Assembly (NCBI GenBank): GCA_964597145.1
Contig: CAZQWH010000001.1
Span: 15,696-79,695, forward strand
DNA from: an uncultured Candidatus Saccharibacteria bacterium
GTDB lineage: Bacteria > Patescibacteriota > CAZHWT01
Reading direction: 5' to 3'
DNA: 64,000 bases
Part shown: in pieces, positions 48,600 to 58,066 of the stretch
How the letters are laid out: the number at the start of each line of letters is the position of its first letter
Numbering within the stretch: position 1 is the first letter of the stretch
Notes under the pieces: generated by a model
The model's input: only the letters and a program-made list of their open reading frames with translations
Told to the model about the DNA's origin: nothing
Databases searched by the model: none
Position numbers and translations under genes: made by a program

Positions 48600-50687
48600 A
48601 TGAAAGTTATCCAAGTAGAGCGAGAAATTGCTGGACGCAAGCTAACACTGGAGACCGGCCGGGTTGCTGAACAGGCTGGGGGAGCCGTATTAGCCCGGTA
48701 TGGCGAAACGGTGGTATTAGCTACTGTGTGTAGTGCTGAACCGCGTCAGGACGTAGATTTTTTCCCATTAACCGTTGAGTACGCGGAGCGCTTATATGCC
48801 GGTGGGCGCATTCATTCATCACGGTTTATCAAGCGTGAAGGTCGACCCAGTGAAAATGCCACCTTAACTGCCCGCATTATCGACCGATCTATTAGGCCAT
48901 TATTCCCTAAAGATATGACCAATGAAGTCCAGGTCATTCTAACCGTCTTATCCTTCGATCCAGATTGTGAACCAGACATTTTATCAGTTATCGCCACTTC
49001 GGCTGCTCTTTCTATTTCCTCTATTCCTTGGAATGGTCCAATTGGGGCAGTTCGCATGGGTTTAAATGCGGATGGCATGACTATAGTTAATCCTACCCAG
49101 ACTGAGCGCCAAACATCGCTACTCGATTTAACCTTGTCTGGAACAGCCAAAGCAGTAGCTATGGTCGAAGCTGGAGCCAAGGAAATTTCTGAGGAGCAAA
49201 TGCTCGAAGCTCTACAGGCTGGCCATGAACAAATTAAAGAAATTGTTTCTATGGTAGAAGAATTTGCCGCCCAAGCGGCCAAGCCTAAGTTTACCTACGA
49301 GTCAGTTAAGCTAGATGCCAAGCTGGAGCAGGAAATTACCGAGTACGTAAAAGAGCATGTAGCCGCCAATCTGCTTACCCCAGATAAAACTTCTCGCGAA
49401 GATGCTGTGGGCGAATTTAAAGCCGAAGTTTTAGCCAAGTTCGAAGACCGGGCTGGTAAAAAAGAAATGTCGGCGGCAATCGAGAAGGCCGTTAAGCAAA
49501 TGGTTCGCTCGTTAGTCTTAAAAGACAAAAAGCGGGTAGATGGACGAGTTCCAACCCAGGTTCGTGATATTTGGACCCAGGTCGGGGTTTTGCCTCGAGT
49601 CCATGGAAGCGCCTTATTTACCCGTGGTCAAACCCAAGTCTTATCCACCGTAACCCTAGGCTCAACTTCAATGGAGCAAATTATTGACGGTATGGAAGGT
49701 GAATCAACCAAGCGCTATATTCATCACTACAACTTCCCTCCCTATTCAGTTGGTGAAGTTCGTCGCATCGGCTCCGTCGGTCGACGCGAAATTGGCCACG
49801 GTGCTTTGGCCGAGCGGGCTTTGGTCCCAGTAATCCCTAACGATATCGATTTCCCGTACACCATCAGGGTGGTATCGGAAACCTTATCTTCTAATGGCTC
49901 ATCCTCAATGGGCTCAGTCTGTGGCTCAACCATGTCCTTAATGGATGCTGGTGTGCCTATCTCGGCTCCTGTGTCAGGTATTGCCATGGGGTTAATTTCG
50001 GATGGTGACGATTATGTAATTTTATCGGACATTCAAGGCATCGAGGATTTTATGGGCGACATGGACTTTAAAGTGGCTGGTACACCCAAAGGTATCACCG
50101 CCTTGCAGCTCGATCTAAAGTTAACTGGCGTTAGTCAACAAATTCTAACCGAAGCTTTAGCGCAGGCTAAAGAAGGTCGGGCACATATCTTAGATGAAAT
50201 GATGAAGACCATTAACACGCCCCGCCAGGAAATGTCTCAGTATGCCCCGCGTGTTGAGATGATTAAAATTAATCCTAAGCTAATTGGGGTCGTCATTGGT
50301 CCCGGCGGTAAAATGATTAATCAAATTATCGATGAAACTGGCGCCGCGATTGACATCGATGACGATGGTTCGGTCTCTGTTTCCTCAGATAATCCGGAAG
50401 GCTTAAAGCGAGCGATTGAGTGGATTCAAAGTCTAACCAAAGAAATCACGGTTGGCGAGGAGTATAACGGTAAAGTTGTCCGTATTATGGACTTTGGCGC
50501 CTTTGTTGAGCTAGTACCAGGTAAGGATGGTTTAGTCCATATCTCCGAGCTAGACAACTCGCGAGTTGAAAAGGTCACTGACGTCGTAAAGGTTGGCGAC
50601 AAAGTTCGGGTAAAAGTAATTAAGATAGACGACCAGGGTCGAATCAATCTGTCGCGCAAGGCATTACTAAATTCAGACGAAGCCTGA
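48600..50687 (+). CDS. pnp: polyribonucleotide nucleotidyltransferase (PNPase)
   Basis: Two RNase PH domains, then KH and S1. Start taken at MKVIQVEREIAGRKLTLETGRVAEQAGGAV. The track ORF begins 75 nt earlier. Confidence 0.93.
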   Translation: MKVIQVEREIAGRKLTLETGRVAEQAGGAVLARYGETVVLATVCSAEPRQDVDFFPLTVEYAERLYAGGRIHSSRFIKREGRPSENATLTARIIDRSIRPLFPKDMTNEVQVILTVLSFDPDCEPDILSVIATSAALSISSIPWNGPIGAVRMGLNADGMTIVNPTQTERQTSLLDLTLSGTAKAVAMVEAGAKEISEEQMLEALQAGHEQIKEIVSMVEEFAAQAAKPKFTYESVKLDAKLEQEITEYVKEHVAANLLTPDKTSREDAVGEFKAEVLAKFEDRAGKKEMSAAIEKAVKQMVRSLVLKDKKRVDGRVPTQVRDIWTQVGVLPRVHGSALFTRGQTQVLSTVTLGSTSMEQIIDGMEGESTKRYIHHYNFPPYSVGEVRRIGSVGRREIGHGALAERALVPVIPNDIDFPYTIRVVSETLSSNGSSSMGSVCGSTMSLMDAGVPISAPVSGIAMGLISDGDDYVILSDIQGIEDFMGDMDFKVAGTPKGITALQLDLKLTGVSQQILTEALAQAKEGRAHILDEMMKTINTPRQEMSQYAPRVEMIKINPKLIGVVIGPGGKMINQIIDETGAAIDIDDDGSVSVSSDNPEGLKRAIEWIQSLTKEITVGEEYNGKVVRIMDFGAFVELVPGKDGLVHISELDNSRVEKVTDVVKVGDKVRVKVIKIDDQGRINLSRKALLNSDEA

Positions 50688-50809
50688 TTTAAGTAAAGCA
50701 GATAGCGGATGGCATTTAGTGGCTAGGTTGACTGATAAAGTACTAAAGCTACACTCTATATGTCTAAGCGCTATACCCTAAACCCTAAACGCTTTGCTAT
50801 ACTAACTTT

Positions 50810-51949
50810 ATGGATGCTGCCCCCCCACAACCATTGGTGGTCGATCCCGATTCAATTGGAGTTGATGCCACCAGCCAAGCTATTGCGACCTCAACCATTG
50901 ATGCACCACTCGATGTCGAGTTGTCAAAGTTAATGGCGTCTGTCGAGGCAACAGAATTGCCATCGGAATTGCACGTTAAATTGAAAAACCTGTTGGTTCG
51001 GCTCAATCGGTCGGTTGGCCAAGTCGGCTATCTCAATCTGTATGAGGAGGTAACCAGCTACATAGAGTGGGTAATTTCACTTCCTTGGACAGCCCGCAAT
51101 AACGATATTTTAGATCTGCATGCAGCCCAAGATGTGTTAAACCAAAGCCATTATGGTTTATTGCCAATCAAGCAACGTATTTTAGAACACCTGTCGGTCT
51201 TAATTCTGCAGGCCAAAACCGAGTCTCCCGAATCTGTCACCCGCTCGCCAGTGCTGTGTTTTGTTGGATTGCCGGGTATTGGTAAAACCTCCATCGCCTT
51301 TTCCATTGCCCAAAGTTTAGGCCGTCCGTTTATTCGTATCCCCATGGGTGGTATGGGAACAGCTAAACAATTACGTGGAGAACCGCGCAGTATGGCTGCT
51401 GCCGAACCTGGTCAGATTATTAAATCGTTACGTCGGGTTAAGGTGAAAAACCCGGTTATTTTACTAGACGAAATCGACCGCACCGCCGAGAGCGCCCGGG
51501 CTGAGATTATGGGAGTGCTGTTGGAGTTGCTCGATCCAGAGCAAAACTCCGCCTTCAGCGATAACTACATCGATTACCCTTTCAATCTATCCGAAGTCCT
51601 GTTTATCGCCTCGGCTAACAACACCAATGGCATTGCCAATGCCGTCCTGGATCGACTTGAAGTAATTCAAATGCCAGGCTACAGCGATGAAGAGAAAATT
51701 CATATTGCTCAGAATTACCTCTTCCCTCGTCAACTCAAATTTGCCGCTATACCCGATGGAGCGGTAACGGTTGATGAAGCAGTCTGGCCCATGATTATTC
51801 GACCATTAGGCTTCGACGCCGGCATTCGGACCACTGAGCGGCTAATCAACGGTATCGTCCGCAAAATTGCCTTACAGCTAGTAAGTGGAGCCGGACAGCA
51901 ATTTACCATTACCCCGCAGAACCTAAAACAGTTCATGCCGTCATGGTAG
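50810..51949 (+). CDS. Lon-like AAA+ ATPase lacking both the N-terminal LAN domain and the C-terminal S16 protease domain
   Basis: It aligns by eye to the LonA substrate-recognition linker plus AAA+ module. Walker A is GLPGIGKTS, Walker B ILLDEID, sensor-1 ASANN, Arg-finger LDR, sensor-2 GIR. The protein ends where the Lon protease domain would begin. The pore-loop region reads KQLRGEPRSMAAAEPGQ (no aromatic residue). Confidence 0.7.
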   Translation: MDAAPPQPLVVDPDSIGVDATSQAIATSTIDAPLDVELSKLMASVEATELPSELHVKLKNLLVRLNRSVGQVGYLNLYEEVTSYIEWVISLPWTARNNDILDLHAAQDVLNQSHYGLLPIKQRILEHLSVLILQAKTESPESVTRSPVLCFVGLPGIGKTSIAFSIAQSLGRPFIRIPMGGMGTAKQLRGEPRSMAAAEPGQIIKSLRRVKVKNPVILLDEIDRTAESARAEIMGVLLELLDPEQNSAFSDNYIDYPFNLSEVLFIASANNTNGIANAVLDRLEVIQMPGYSDEEKIHIAQNYLFPRQLKFAAIPDGAVTVDEAVWPMIIRPLGFDAGIRTTERLINGIVRKIALQLVSGAGQQFTITPQNLKQFMPSW

Positions 51950-52009
51950 GGGCAAGTTTTAGCTTGCCAGAAGATGATAGTTAGTTGGCGAATATGAGAA
52001 AATTCTACT

Positions 52010-52046
52010 CAGATTTGTCATCCCGGACTAGATCTGGGATCTAGCG
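52010..52046 (+). repeat. partial copy D of the GTCATCC...composite palindrome (first hairpin only), upstream of rnj
   Basis: gtcatcccggactagatctgggatctagcgtc. Confidence 0.5.
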
Positions 52047-52128
52047 TCAGTAATTTGAAAATTATGGATAGCCTAATGGCTACCACCTGTGGTTATTACA
52101 GAAATTAAAGAAAGAAGGAATTACATTT

Positions 52129-54054
52129 ATGCCACAATTTTTTAGAAAAAGTACCCGACCTGGTCCAAGACCAGAAGTTGGGGCAACCAAACAGGTTCGC
52201 CCAAATCAATCGGCGGCCGACAATAATCCATCGACGAGCAATTCGTCGCCATCCGATAAATCGTCTAGCAGGCACAGTACGCCGCCCGCCCAACGGGCTG
52301 GCAATCGCCGGCCTGGCCAAGCAAATCGACCGCAGCCAATTAATCGAGTACGTTCGCAGCAAGCTCAAAAGCCAGCCGTCCAGCGGTTTAACCCTAAAAA
52401 TGCCCCCGTTCTAAAAGTCCTACCTTTGGGCGGAAATGGTTTTGTCACACAAAATATGTTCGTCTACGAGTATGGCAACGACATTGTACTCGTCGACTGC
52501 GGTATGGGATTCCCTTCCAACGATATGTTAGGTATCGATATTGTATTGCCAGATATCTCCTATTTAAAGGACAAAATGTCTCGGGTAAAAGCCTTAGTAA
52601 TTACCCATGGCCACGAAGACCACATTGGAGCCGTACCCTATCTCGCGCCCAAGCTCAATGTGCCTATTTATGCTCCTCGGTTTGCCCTAGAATTAATCAA
52701 AGGCAAATTAACCGAATTTCGAGTCAAACAGGATTTGCATGAAATAGAGCCAGATAAAGACTACCGATTCGGGGCCTTCACCTTCAAGCCGTTCCGTGTC
52801 AATCACTCTATTCCCGACACCTTTGGCTATGTTATCGAAACACCAATTGGTCGCACCATCCACACTGGGGACTATAAGTACGATTGGACCAGTGTTGACG
52901 GCACTATAATTGAGGTGGATAAACTTGCCCGCGCGGGTGGCGAGGGCGTTTTGTCGCTCATGTCGGACTGTTTGCGGGTCGAAAAACCAGGCTACACTCC
53001 ATCCGAAGCAGTGGTAGAAGATCGCCTAGATGCCGAAATGCGCCATGCTACCGGCCGGGTGTTCCTCACCACCATTTCTTCCAATGTCACCCGCATGCAG
53101 CAAGCCATTAATGTGGCCATGCGCTACAACCGCAAAGTAGCCTTTGCTGGGCGCAGCATTGAGAATGTCATGAGTATTGCGACACGTTTAGGCTATGCCC
53201 AAATCCCGGATGGTGTAGTCGTCCGAGACACCGTCATTTCAGAATTACCAGATAATCAGCAGTTAATTATTCTAACTGGCGCGTATGGACAGGAAGGCTC
53301 AGCCCTAGCCCGGCTTACTTCAGGCAAGCATAAGCTGTTTGCCATCAAAGAAAACGACTTAATTATTTTCTCGGCCGATCCTATTCCAGGCAGTGAAGAT
53401 AGTATTTATGGCATCATCGACGACCTAACCGATTTGGGCGCCAAGATTGCCTATTCTGATATCATGAACAACTTACACGTTTCGGGTCATGCTGCTTCAG
53501 AAGAACTTAAAACCACCATTGCCCTAACTAAGCCGCGCTTTTTAATGCCAATTTCTGGAATGTCTAGGCAGCTTAAAGCCTACAGCCAAATGGCCCAGCA
53601 TATGGGATATCCAGCCGACCACATTAAAATCGTTGAGGCGGGGCAAGAAGTGTTATTTGATAACCAAGGTAATGCCACACTGGGCGAAACCCATCCTTAT
53701 ACTAGCGTGCTGGTCGATGGCCTAGGAGTAGGCGATGTGGGCGACGTGGTAATAGCCGATCGCCAACAATTAGCCGATTCAGGTGTATTTATTGTGGCTG
53801 CCAGCCTAAATAAGAACAAAGAGCTAGTTGGCGATATCGAAGTCCAAACGCGGGGATTCATTTACGCCCGCATTAATGAAAAGTTAATGGATGAAGCTCG
53901 AGCGATTGCCCGTACTGTCTTAACCGACCAGCAGACCAAAAACCAAGAGTGGGCCACTATCCGCTCTAGGGTTCAAGACCAATTAGCTAAGTTCTTTAAA
54001 CGCGAAACAGATCGCTCGCCAATCATTTTGCCAATGTTAATTGAAGTAAAGTAA
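52129..54054 (+). CDS. rnj: ribonuclease J (metallo-beta-lactamase/beta-CASP) with about 90-aa basic low-complexity N-terminal extension
   Basis: LGGNGFVTQNMFVYEYG...ALVITHGHEDHIGAVPYL, with a beta-CASP and C-terminal domain. The N-terminus is S/P/R/Q-rich. Confidence 0.88.
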   Translation: MPQFFRKSTRPGPRPEVGATKQVRPNQSAADNNPSTSNSSPSDKSSSRHSTPPAQRAGNRRPGQANRPQPINRVRSQQAQKPAVQRFNPKNAPVLKVLPLGGNGFVTQNMFVYEYGNDIVLVDCGMGFPSNDMLGIDIVLPDISYLKDKMSRVKALVITHGHEDHIGAVPYLAPKLNVPIYAPRFALELIKGKLTEFRVKQDLHEIEPDKDYRFGAFTFKPFRVNHSIPDTFGYVIETPIGRTIHTGDYKYDWTSVDGTIIEVDKLARAGGEGVLSLMSDCLRVEKPGYTPSEAVVEDRLDAEMRHATGRVFLTTISSNVTRMQQAINVAMRYNRKVAFAGRSIENVMSIATRLGYAQIPDGVVVRDTVISELPDNQQLIILTGAYGQEGSALARLTSGKHKLFAIKENDLIIFSADPIPGSEDSIYGIIDDLTDLGAKIAYSDIMNNLHVSGHAASEELKTTIALTKPRFLMPISGMSRQLKAYSQMAQHMGYPADHIKIVEAGQEVLFDNQGNATLGETHPYTSVLVDGLGVGDVGDVVIADRQQLADSGVFIVAASLNKNKELVGDIEVQTRGFIYARINEKLMDEARAIARTVLTDQQTKNQEWATIRSRVQDQLAKFFKRETDRSPIILPMLIEVK

Positions 54055-54076
54055 CGCCAATTTAATTTGGATTACA

Positions 54077-54127
54077 GCGCCAAGCGCCATGAAATATGTA
54101 ACTTAAGTAGTCTAAGTAGCTTAAGTT
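54077..54127. terminator. perfect 17-bp inverted repeat after rnj (gaaatatgtaacttaag / cttaagttacatatttc)
   Basis: Member of the cttaagt / acttagg word repeats also seen at 44341-44400, 45960-46020 and 46611-46660. No clear T-run follows, so terminator function is uncertain. Confidence 0.4.
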
Positions 54128-54457
54128 ACATATTTCTATCTTCGGCCTTCTACCTCCAAACTCCGATTCTCCGTCATCCTCAACCTGCCTGCACTGAGCT
54201 TGTCGAAGTGATCGAGGATCTAAAAAGCAGTATATCTACACACTCCCATTGCATCCCAGCTTGCCTGAATAGAAAAGTAATAGCTTTGGCCTTTGCCTTT
54301 TGCTCTTTAATCTTTTTCTTGCACATCCGAATACCTGCATTCCAGACTACCGCAACAACGATGTTGTTGCGCGTAGTGTATAATAATTGTGCTAGCAGGC
54401 TAGTTGCTCCTAATATTATTTTCAAGTTTCGAATCTCAAGTTTTGAATTTTTAACGT

Positions 54458-56611
54458 ATGCCCCGACCTAAGAAGTACAAGAAGAAAATTAAGTTTAAAC
54501 TTAAGCGCGATAGTGTCCAATCGTTAGTGGCATTGGTTTGCTTTGCTCTGGCCGGGCTAACCCTCATGGCTTTTGTTGGCCAGGCGGCCGGAGCCGGCAA
54601 CACGCTCCAAACCTGGATTGGCTTAATTGTCGGCTGGGCGTCATTCTTAGTCCCAGTTATTCTTCTTTCGGCTGGCTTAACCTTAACCAAAATTAATTGG
54701 CGAATTGCCAAGGTCAACGTACTGGTTGGTCTAATGATGGTTCTGCTCGGCTTAGCCTCGTTACTCCATCCTGTTTCCAGCCTATTTTCTCCACTCGATG
54801 CCATTGCCCGAGCCGAGGCAGGTATGGGTGGCGGCTATATTGGCTATACCATTTTTGCCGGCCTGTCCCAGTTTGTCACAAGCACTGGCGCGTGGTTTTT
54901 ACTCTTGTTATGGCTGGTCGGTGGTTTTTTGGTGTTGTTTAACACCTCACTCTCAACAGTCTACGATGCCTCTTCAAGTGCAGCCACTGCCAGCCGGGGA
55001 GCTATTTCTTCAGTAAAGCGCAATAATGGCAAGAAAGATAATAGCCAGGCCGAAAATGCCGGTTTTGCGGTTAACGTGGCGGGCAGCGCTCGCCAAACTC
55101 AAATACCACCACCGACGACCGATCCAAGTGAGGCTCTTAATTCAACTCAAGTCTTATCCAACGACGCCGGAGAGCAAGTAATTTGGGATTACCCACCGTA
55201 TACTCTATTAAGTAATAGCTCCAGTAAAGGTGAGCCCGGAGATCTTAAATCAACCGCGGCTATTATTGAGCGGACGCTGGATTCATTTGGTATCCAAGCC
55301 AAAGTAGTCGAAGTAAACGTTGGTCCAACAGTCACTCAATACGCCCTGGAATTAGCCAGTGGAACTAAGATTTCCAAAATTACCACCTTAGCTAACGATT
55401 TAGCTCTCGCCGTTGCCGCCAAAAGTGGGGCTGTTCGAGTCGAGGCCCCAATTCCGGGTAAAAGCCTAGTTGGGATTGAAATTCCTAACCACAAAGCAGC
55501 CGTGGTTGGCTTGCGAGGAGTCTTAGAATCACCAGAGTCCAAAGAGCTCTCCTCCCGTCTCCAGCTACCGCTAGGCCAGGGGGTATCTGGCCATCCAGTT
55601 ATCGCCGATTTAACCAAGATGCCACACGTTTTAGTCGCCGGGTCCACTGGCTCGGGTAAATCGGTGGCCATTAACGCCTTCATTACCTCGCTTTTATTTA
55701 AAAACTCGCCATCCGAGCTAAAGCTCATTTTAGTCGATCCTAAGTTTGTAGAATTAACTGGTTACAACGGTATCCCGCATTTACTGACGCCAGTCATTAC
55801 CGAGAGCGATAAGGTGGTTTCGGCCTTAAAATGGTCAGCCGCCGAGATGGATCGGCGCTACCGGGCATTAGCCACAGCCGGCGCACGAAATATCGAGTCA
55901 TACAATGAGATTTCAGGATTTCAGGCCTTGCCTTATATTGTAATTATCATCGATGAGTTATCCGACCTTATGATGACCGCGCCAGCTGAGGTTGAAGATT
56001 GTATTGTCCGTATTGCTCAAAAAGCCCGGGCAGTTGGCATTCACCTTATCTTGGCCACCCAACGCCCCTCATCAGACATTATTACCGGTTTAATTAAAGC
56101 CAATATTCCGGCTCGTATTGCCTTTAATGTTTCCAGCAACGTCGACTCCCGCGTAATTTTAGACCAACCTGGCGCCGAAAAGCTGTTAGGTAAGGGCGAT
56201 ATGCTCTATATGGGGCCAGATTCCTCCAAACCGCAACGTATTCAAGGCAACTGGGTTAAGGATGAAGAAATCCATAAGCTATTAGAGTTCGTTAAGAGTC
56301 AGGGAGTTACTCCAGAATATGCCGAGGAAGTGGTTACCCAGCCCGTCCAAACTAGCACCAGTGCTGGCGGCGGCAGTGGAGCTGACCGTGACCCCTTGTT
56401 TAACCAGGCTCTAGAAATCATCTCTAACGACGATAAAGCCTCCTCATCATTATTAATGCGACGGCTAAAAGTCGGCTACGCTCGCTCGGCCCGTATTTTA
56501 GATGAACTCTACGAGGCTGGATATGTCGGCCCAGCCGACGGCTCTAAACCCCGCGAAGTCTTGCGCCGAATGTCCGCCGATGGCGTAGACGAATCTAGCG
56601 AAGTTATATAA
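54458..56611 (+). CDS. ftsK: DNA translocase FtsK/SpoIIIE
   Basis: N-terminal TM segments, VAGSTGSGKSVAINAFITSLLF (Walker A), and a C-terminal gamma domain. Confidence 0.9.
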   Translation: MPRPKKYKKKIKFKLKRDSVQSLVALVCFALAGLTLMAFVGQAAGAGNTLQTWIGLIVGWASFLVPVILLSAGLTLTKINWRIAKVNVLVGLMMVLLGLASLLHPVSSLFSPLDAIARAEAGMGGGYIGYTIFAGLSQFVTSTGAWFLLLLWLVGGFLVLFNTSLSTVYDASSSAATASRGAISSVKRNNGKKDNSQAENAGFAVNVAGSARQTQIPPPTTDPSEALNSTQVLSNDAGEQVIWDYPPYTLLSNSSSKGEPGDLKSTAAIIERTLDSFGIQAKVVEVNVGPTVTQYALELASGTKISKITTLANDLALAVAAKSGAVRVEAPIPGKSLVGIEIPNHKAAVVGLRGVLESPESKELSSRLQLPLGQGVSGHPVIADLTKMPHVLVAGSTGSGKSVAINAFITSLLFKNSPSELKLILVDPKFVELTGYNGIPHLLTPVITESDKVVSALKWSAAEMDRRYRALATAGARNIESYNEISGFQALPYIVIIIDELSDLMMTAPAEVEDCIVRIAQKARAVGIHLILATQRPSSDIITGLIKANIPARIAFNVSSNVDSRVILDQPGAEKLLGKGDMLYMGPDSSKPQRIQGNWVKDEEIHKLLEFVKSQGVTPEYAEEVVTQPVQTSTSAGGGSGADRDPLFNQALEIISNDDKASSSLLMRRLKVGYARSARILDELYEAGYVGPADGSKPREVLRRMSADGVDESSEVI

Positions 56612-56642
56612 CCCTTATACACTCCTTATTACAGTAAAATAA

Positions 56643-56685
56643 CAGAGATAATTTAGATTAATTATATAATATATTATATAATACT
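56643..56685 (+). promoter_or_regulatory. promoter-like element ACAGAGATAA-N8-TTAATTATATAATATATTATATAAT (copy 3)
   Basis: Identical palindrome 25-mer, with the ACAGAGATAA box upstream. Confidence 0.55.
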
Positions 56686-56839
56686 TTAGTAGACAGGAAG
56701 CCTTACGCCTAAAATCAAATCTCCCCAAATCCCTCAACACCCATAACTCAGATCTCCAAACCAACTCCACCTTCCCGTCATCGCGAGGCGGAGCCGTGGC
56801 GATCTTCCGTAATCTACCCAGATGACTCAGTTGTTAACA

Positions 56840-57942
56840 CTCTTTCGCAATGGGCATAATATCCAAAAAGTGTGCTATTATACGCCTTTTATCCCTGTTA
56901 GTTGCCCAACATTCTTGAAACAGTTTAGCAATGTACTAAATTAGACTCCTCAAAACGTCCTCAAGTATGTCCTTGCTGTGGTCATCATCAGGTTCGGCGC
57001 AATGGTCGAAGTGCTGCTGGCAAACAGCGCTGGCGCTGCATAGCGTGTGACCACTCTTTTAGCCGCACTAATCCTGCTCAGCGACAGCGTCTCCAAGCGA
57101 CATGGTTTAAAAAGTGGGTTAAAGGTGGCTACACCATTACTCAATTAATGGAGATTTCCGGCCACAGCTGCAGCCACCTCCGTCGGATTATACTGGCCAA
57201 TCTTGAGCATACTCCGCCTCTACCAGAAGATCTTTCAGGTCACGCTCATCTTATCTTTGATGGCAAATTCCTCTTTGGTCGAAGCAACAGTCTCATTGTG
57301 CTCTTGGATGCCACCACCCACACTCCTCTAGCGGGTAAAGTCGTCCCCTCGGAAAGTGGTAAGTATATTCAGCCCTGGCTGGAAGGACTGCGGCAAGCAG
57401 GGCTCAACCCGACCTCCGTCACCCTGGATGGCAAACCCGGGGTTGAGCGGGCATTTCAAAACGTGTGGCCGACCATTCAGACACAGCGCTGTATTTTCCA
57501 CCTTGTCCTGCAAACCGTTGCCTGGCTCCGAGCGAAGCCTCGGTATGCGTCAGCCAAGGCTTTGAAGAGCCTTGTCCTCACCCTACCGGCCGTCACCACC
57601 TACACTCAGGCGCTCTTTTTTCAACAGCAGTATGAGCAGCTACTGACTAGGCATCAAGAGGAGTTATCTCAGTTAGACCCTACTCACCCAATCCAATCTG
57701 ATGTGCTAAAGGCCTACACCCTGATTGGCAATGCTCTGCCGCAAACATTTACCTATCTCACCGACTCGGCCATTGCGCCAACAACTAGCGCCCTAGAGGG
57801 TTATTTTAAGCAGGTGCAGAAGATTAAAGGGTTTATCCATAACGGATTGACACGACCGCATCTATTTCAATTCTTGTGTTGGCGTATTTATTTTGATCTA
57901 TAGAGCACACTTTTTGAGTATTGTGCCCGCAATGACGCATAA
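56840..57942 (+). mobile_element. IS1-family insertion sequence (single-ORF type) with ~35-bp imperfect terminal inverted repeats
   Basis: Left end cgcaatgggcataatatccaaaaagtgtgct (about 56842-56875). Right end agagcacactttttgagtattgtgcccgcaatg (about 57906-57940). These are reverse-complementary. Confidence 0.6.
56929..57903 (+). CDS. IS1-family transposase (InsA-like zinc ribbon and HTH fused in-frame to InsB-like DDE domain); N-terminal part lacks an ATG/GTG/TTG start
   Basis: The open frame from 56929 reads ...CPCCGHHQVRRNGRSAAGKQRWRCIACDHSF... (InsA zinc-ribbon-like) then GYTITQLMEISGHS (HTH), continuing into the track ORF 57148-57903 (LIFDGKF...VTLDGKPGVE...). The first canonical start is the ATG at 57148, so the gene may be decaying, or may use a non-canonical start. 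Confidence 0.55.
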   Translation, partial: QCTKLDSSKRPQVCPCCGHHQVRRNGRSAAGKQRWRCIACDHSFSRTNPAQRQRLQATWFKKWVKGGYTITQLMEISGHSCSHLRRIILANLEHTPPLPEDLSGHAHLIFDGKFLFGRSNSLIVLLDATTHTPLAGKVVPSESGKYIQPWLEGLRQAGLNPTSVTLDGKPGVERAFQNVWPTIQTQRCIFHLVLQTVAWLRAKPRYASAKALKSLVLTLPAVTTYTQALFFQQQYEQLLTRHQEELSQLDPTHPIQSDVLKAYTLIGNALPQTFTYLTDSAIAPTTSALEGYFKQVQKIKGFIHNGLTRPHLFQFLCWRIYFDL

Positions 57943-58066
57943 GCCCCTTCCGTCTACTAACTACTCCCGACCAACTACTGCAACGACGCCGTCGCTGCAA
58001 TGCTTGCTAGTTCAGCTTTAGCCCATTACTTGCTATTATGATGCAGAAGCATATCAAGCTGCCTCT

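Noticed and set aside
54067-54471. 134-aa plus-strand ORF between rnj and ftsK
   Set aside because: It overlaps the 17-bp perfect inverted repeat and the ftsK upstream region. It has low-complexity, Cys/Phe/Ile-rich composition and no RBS, so it is probably not coding.
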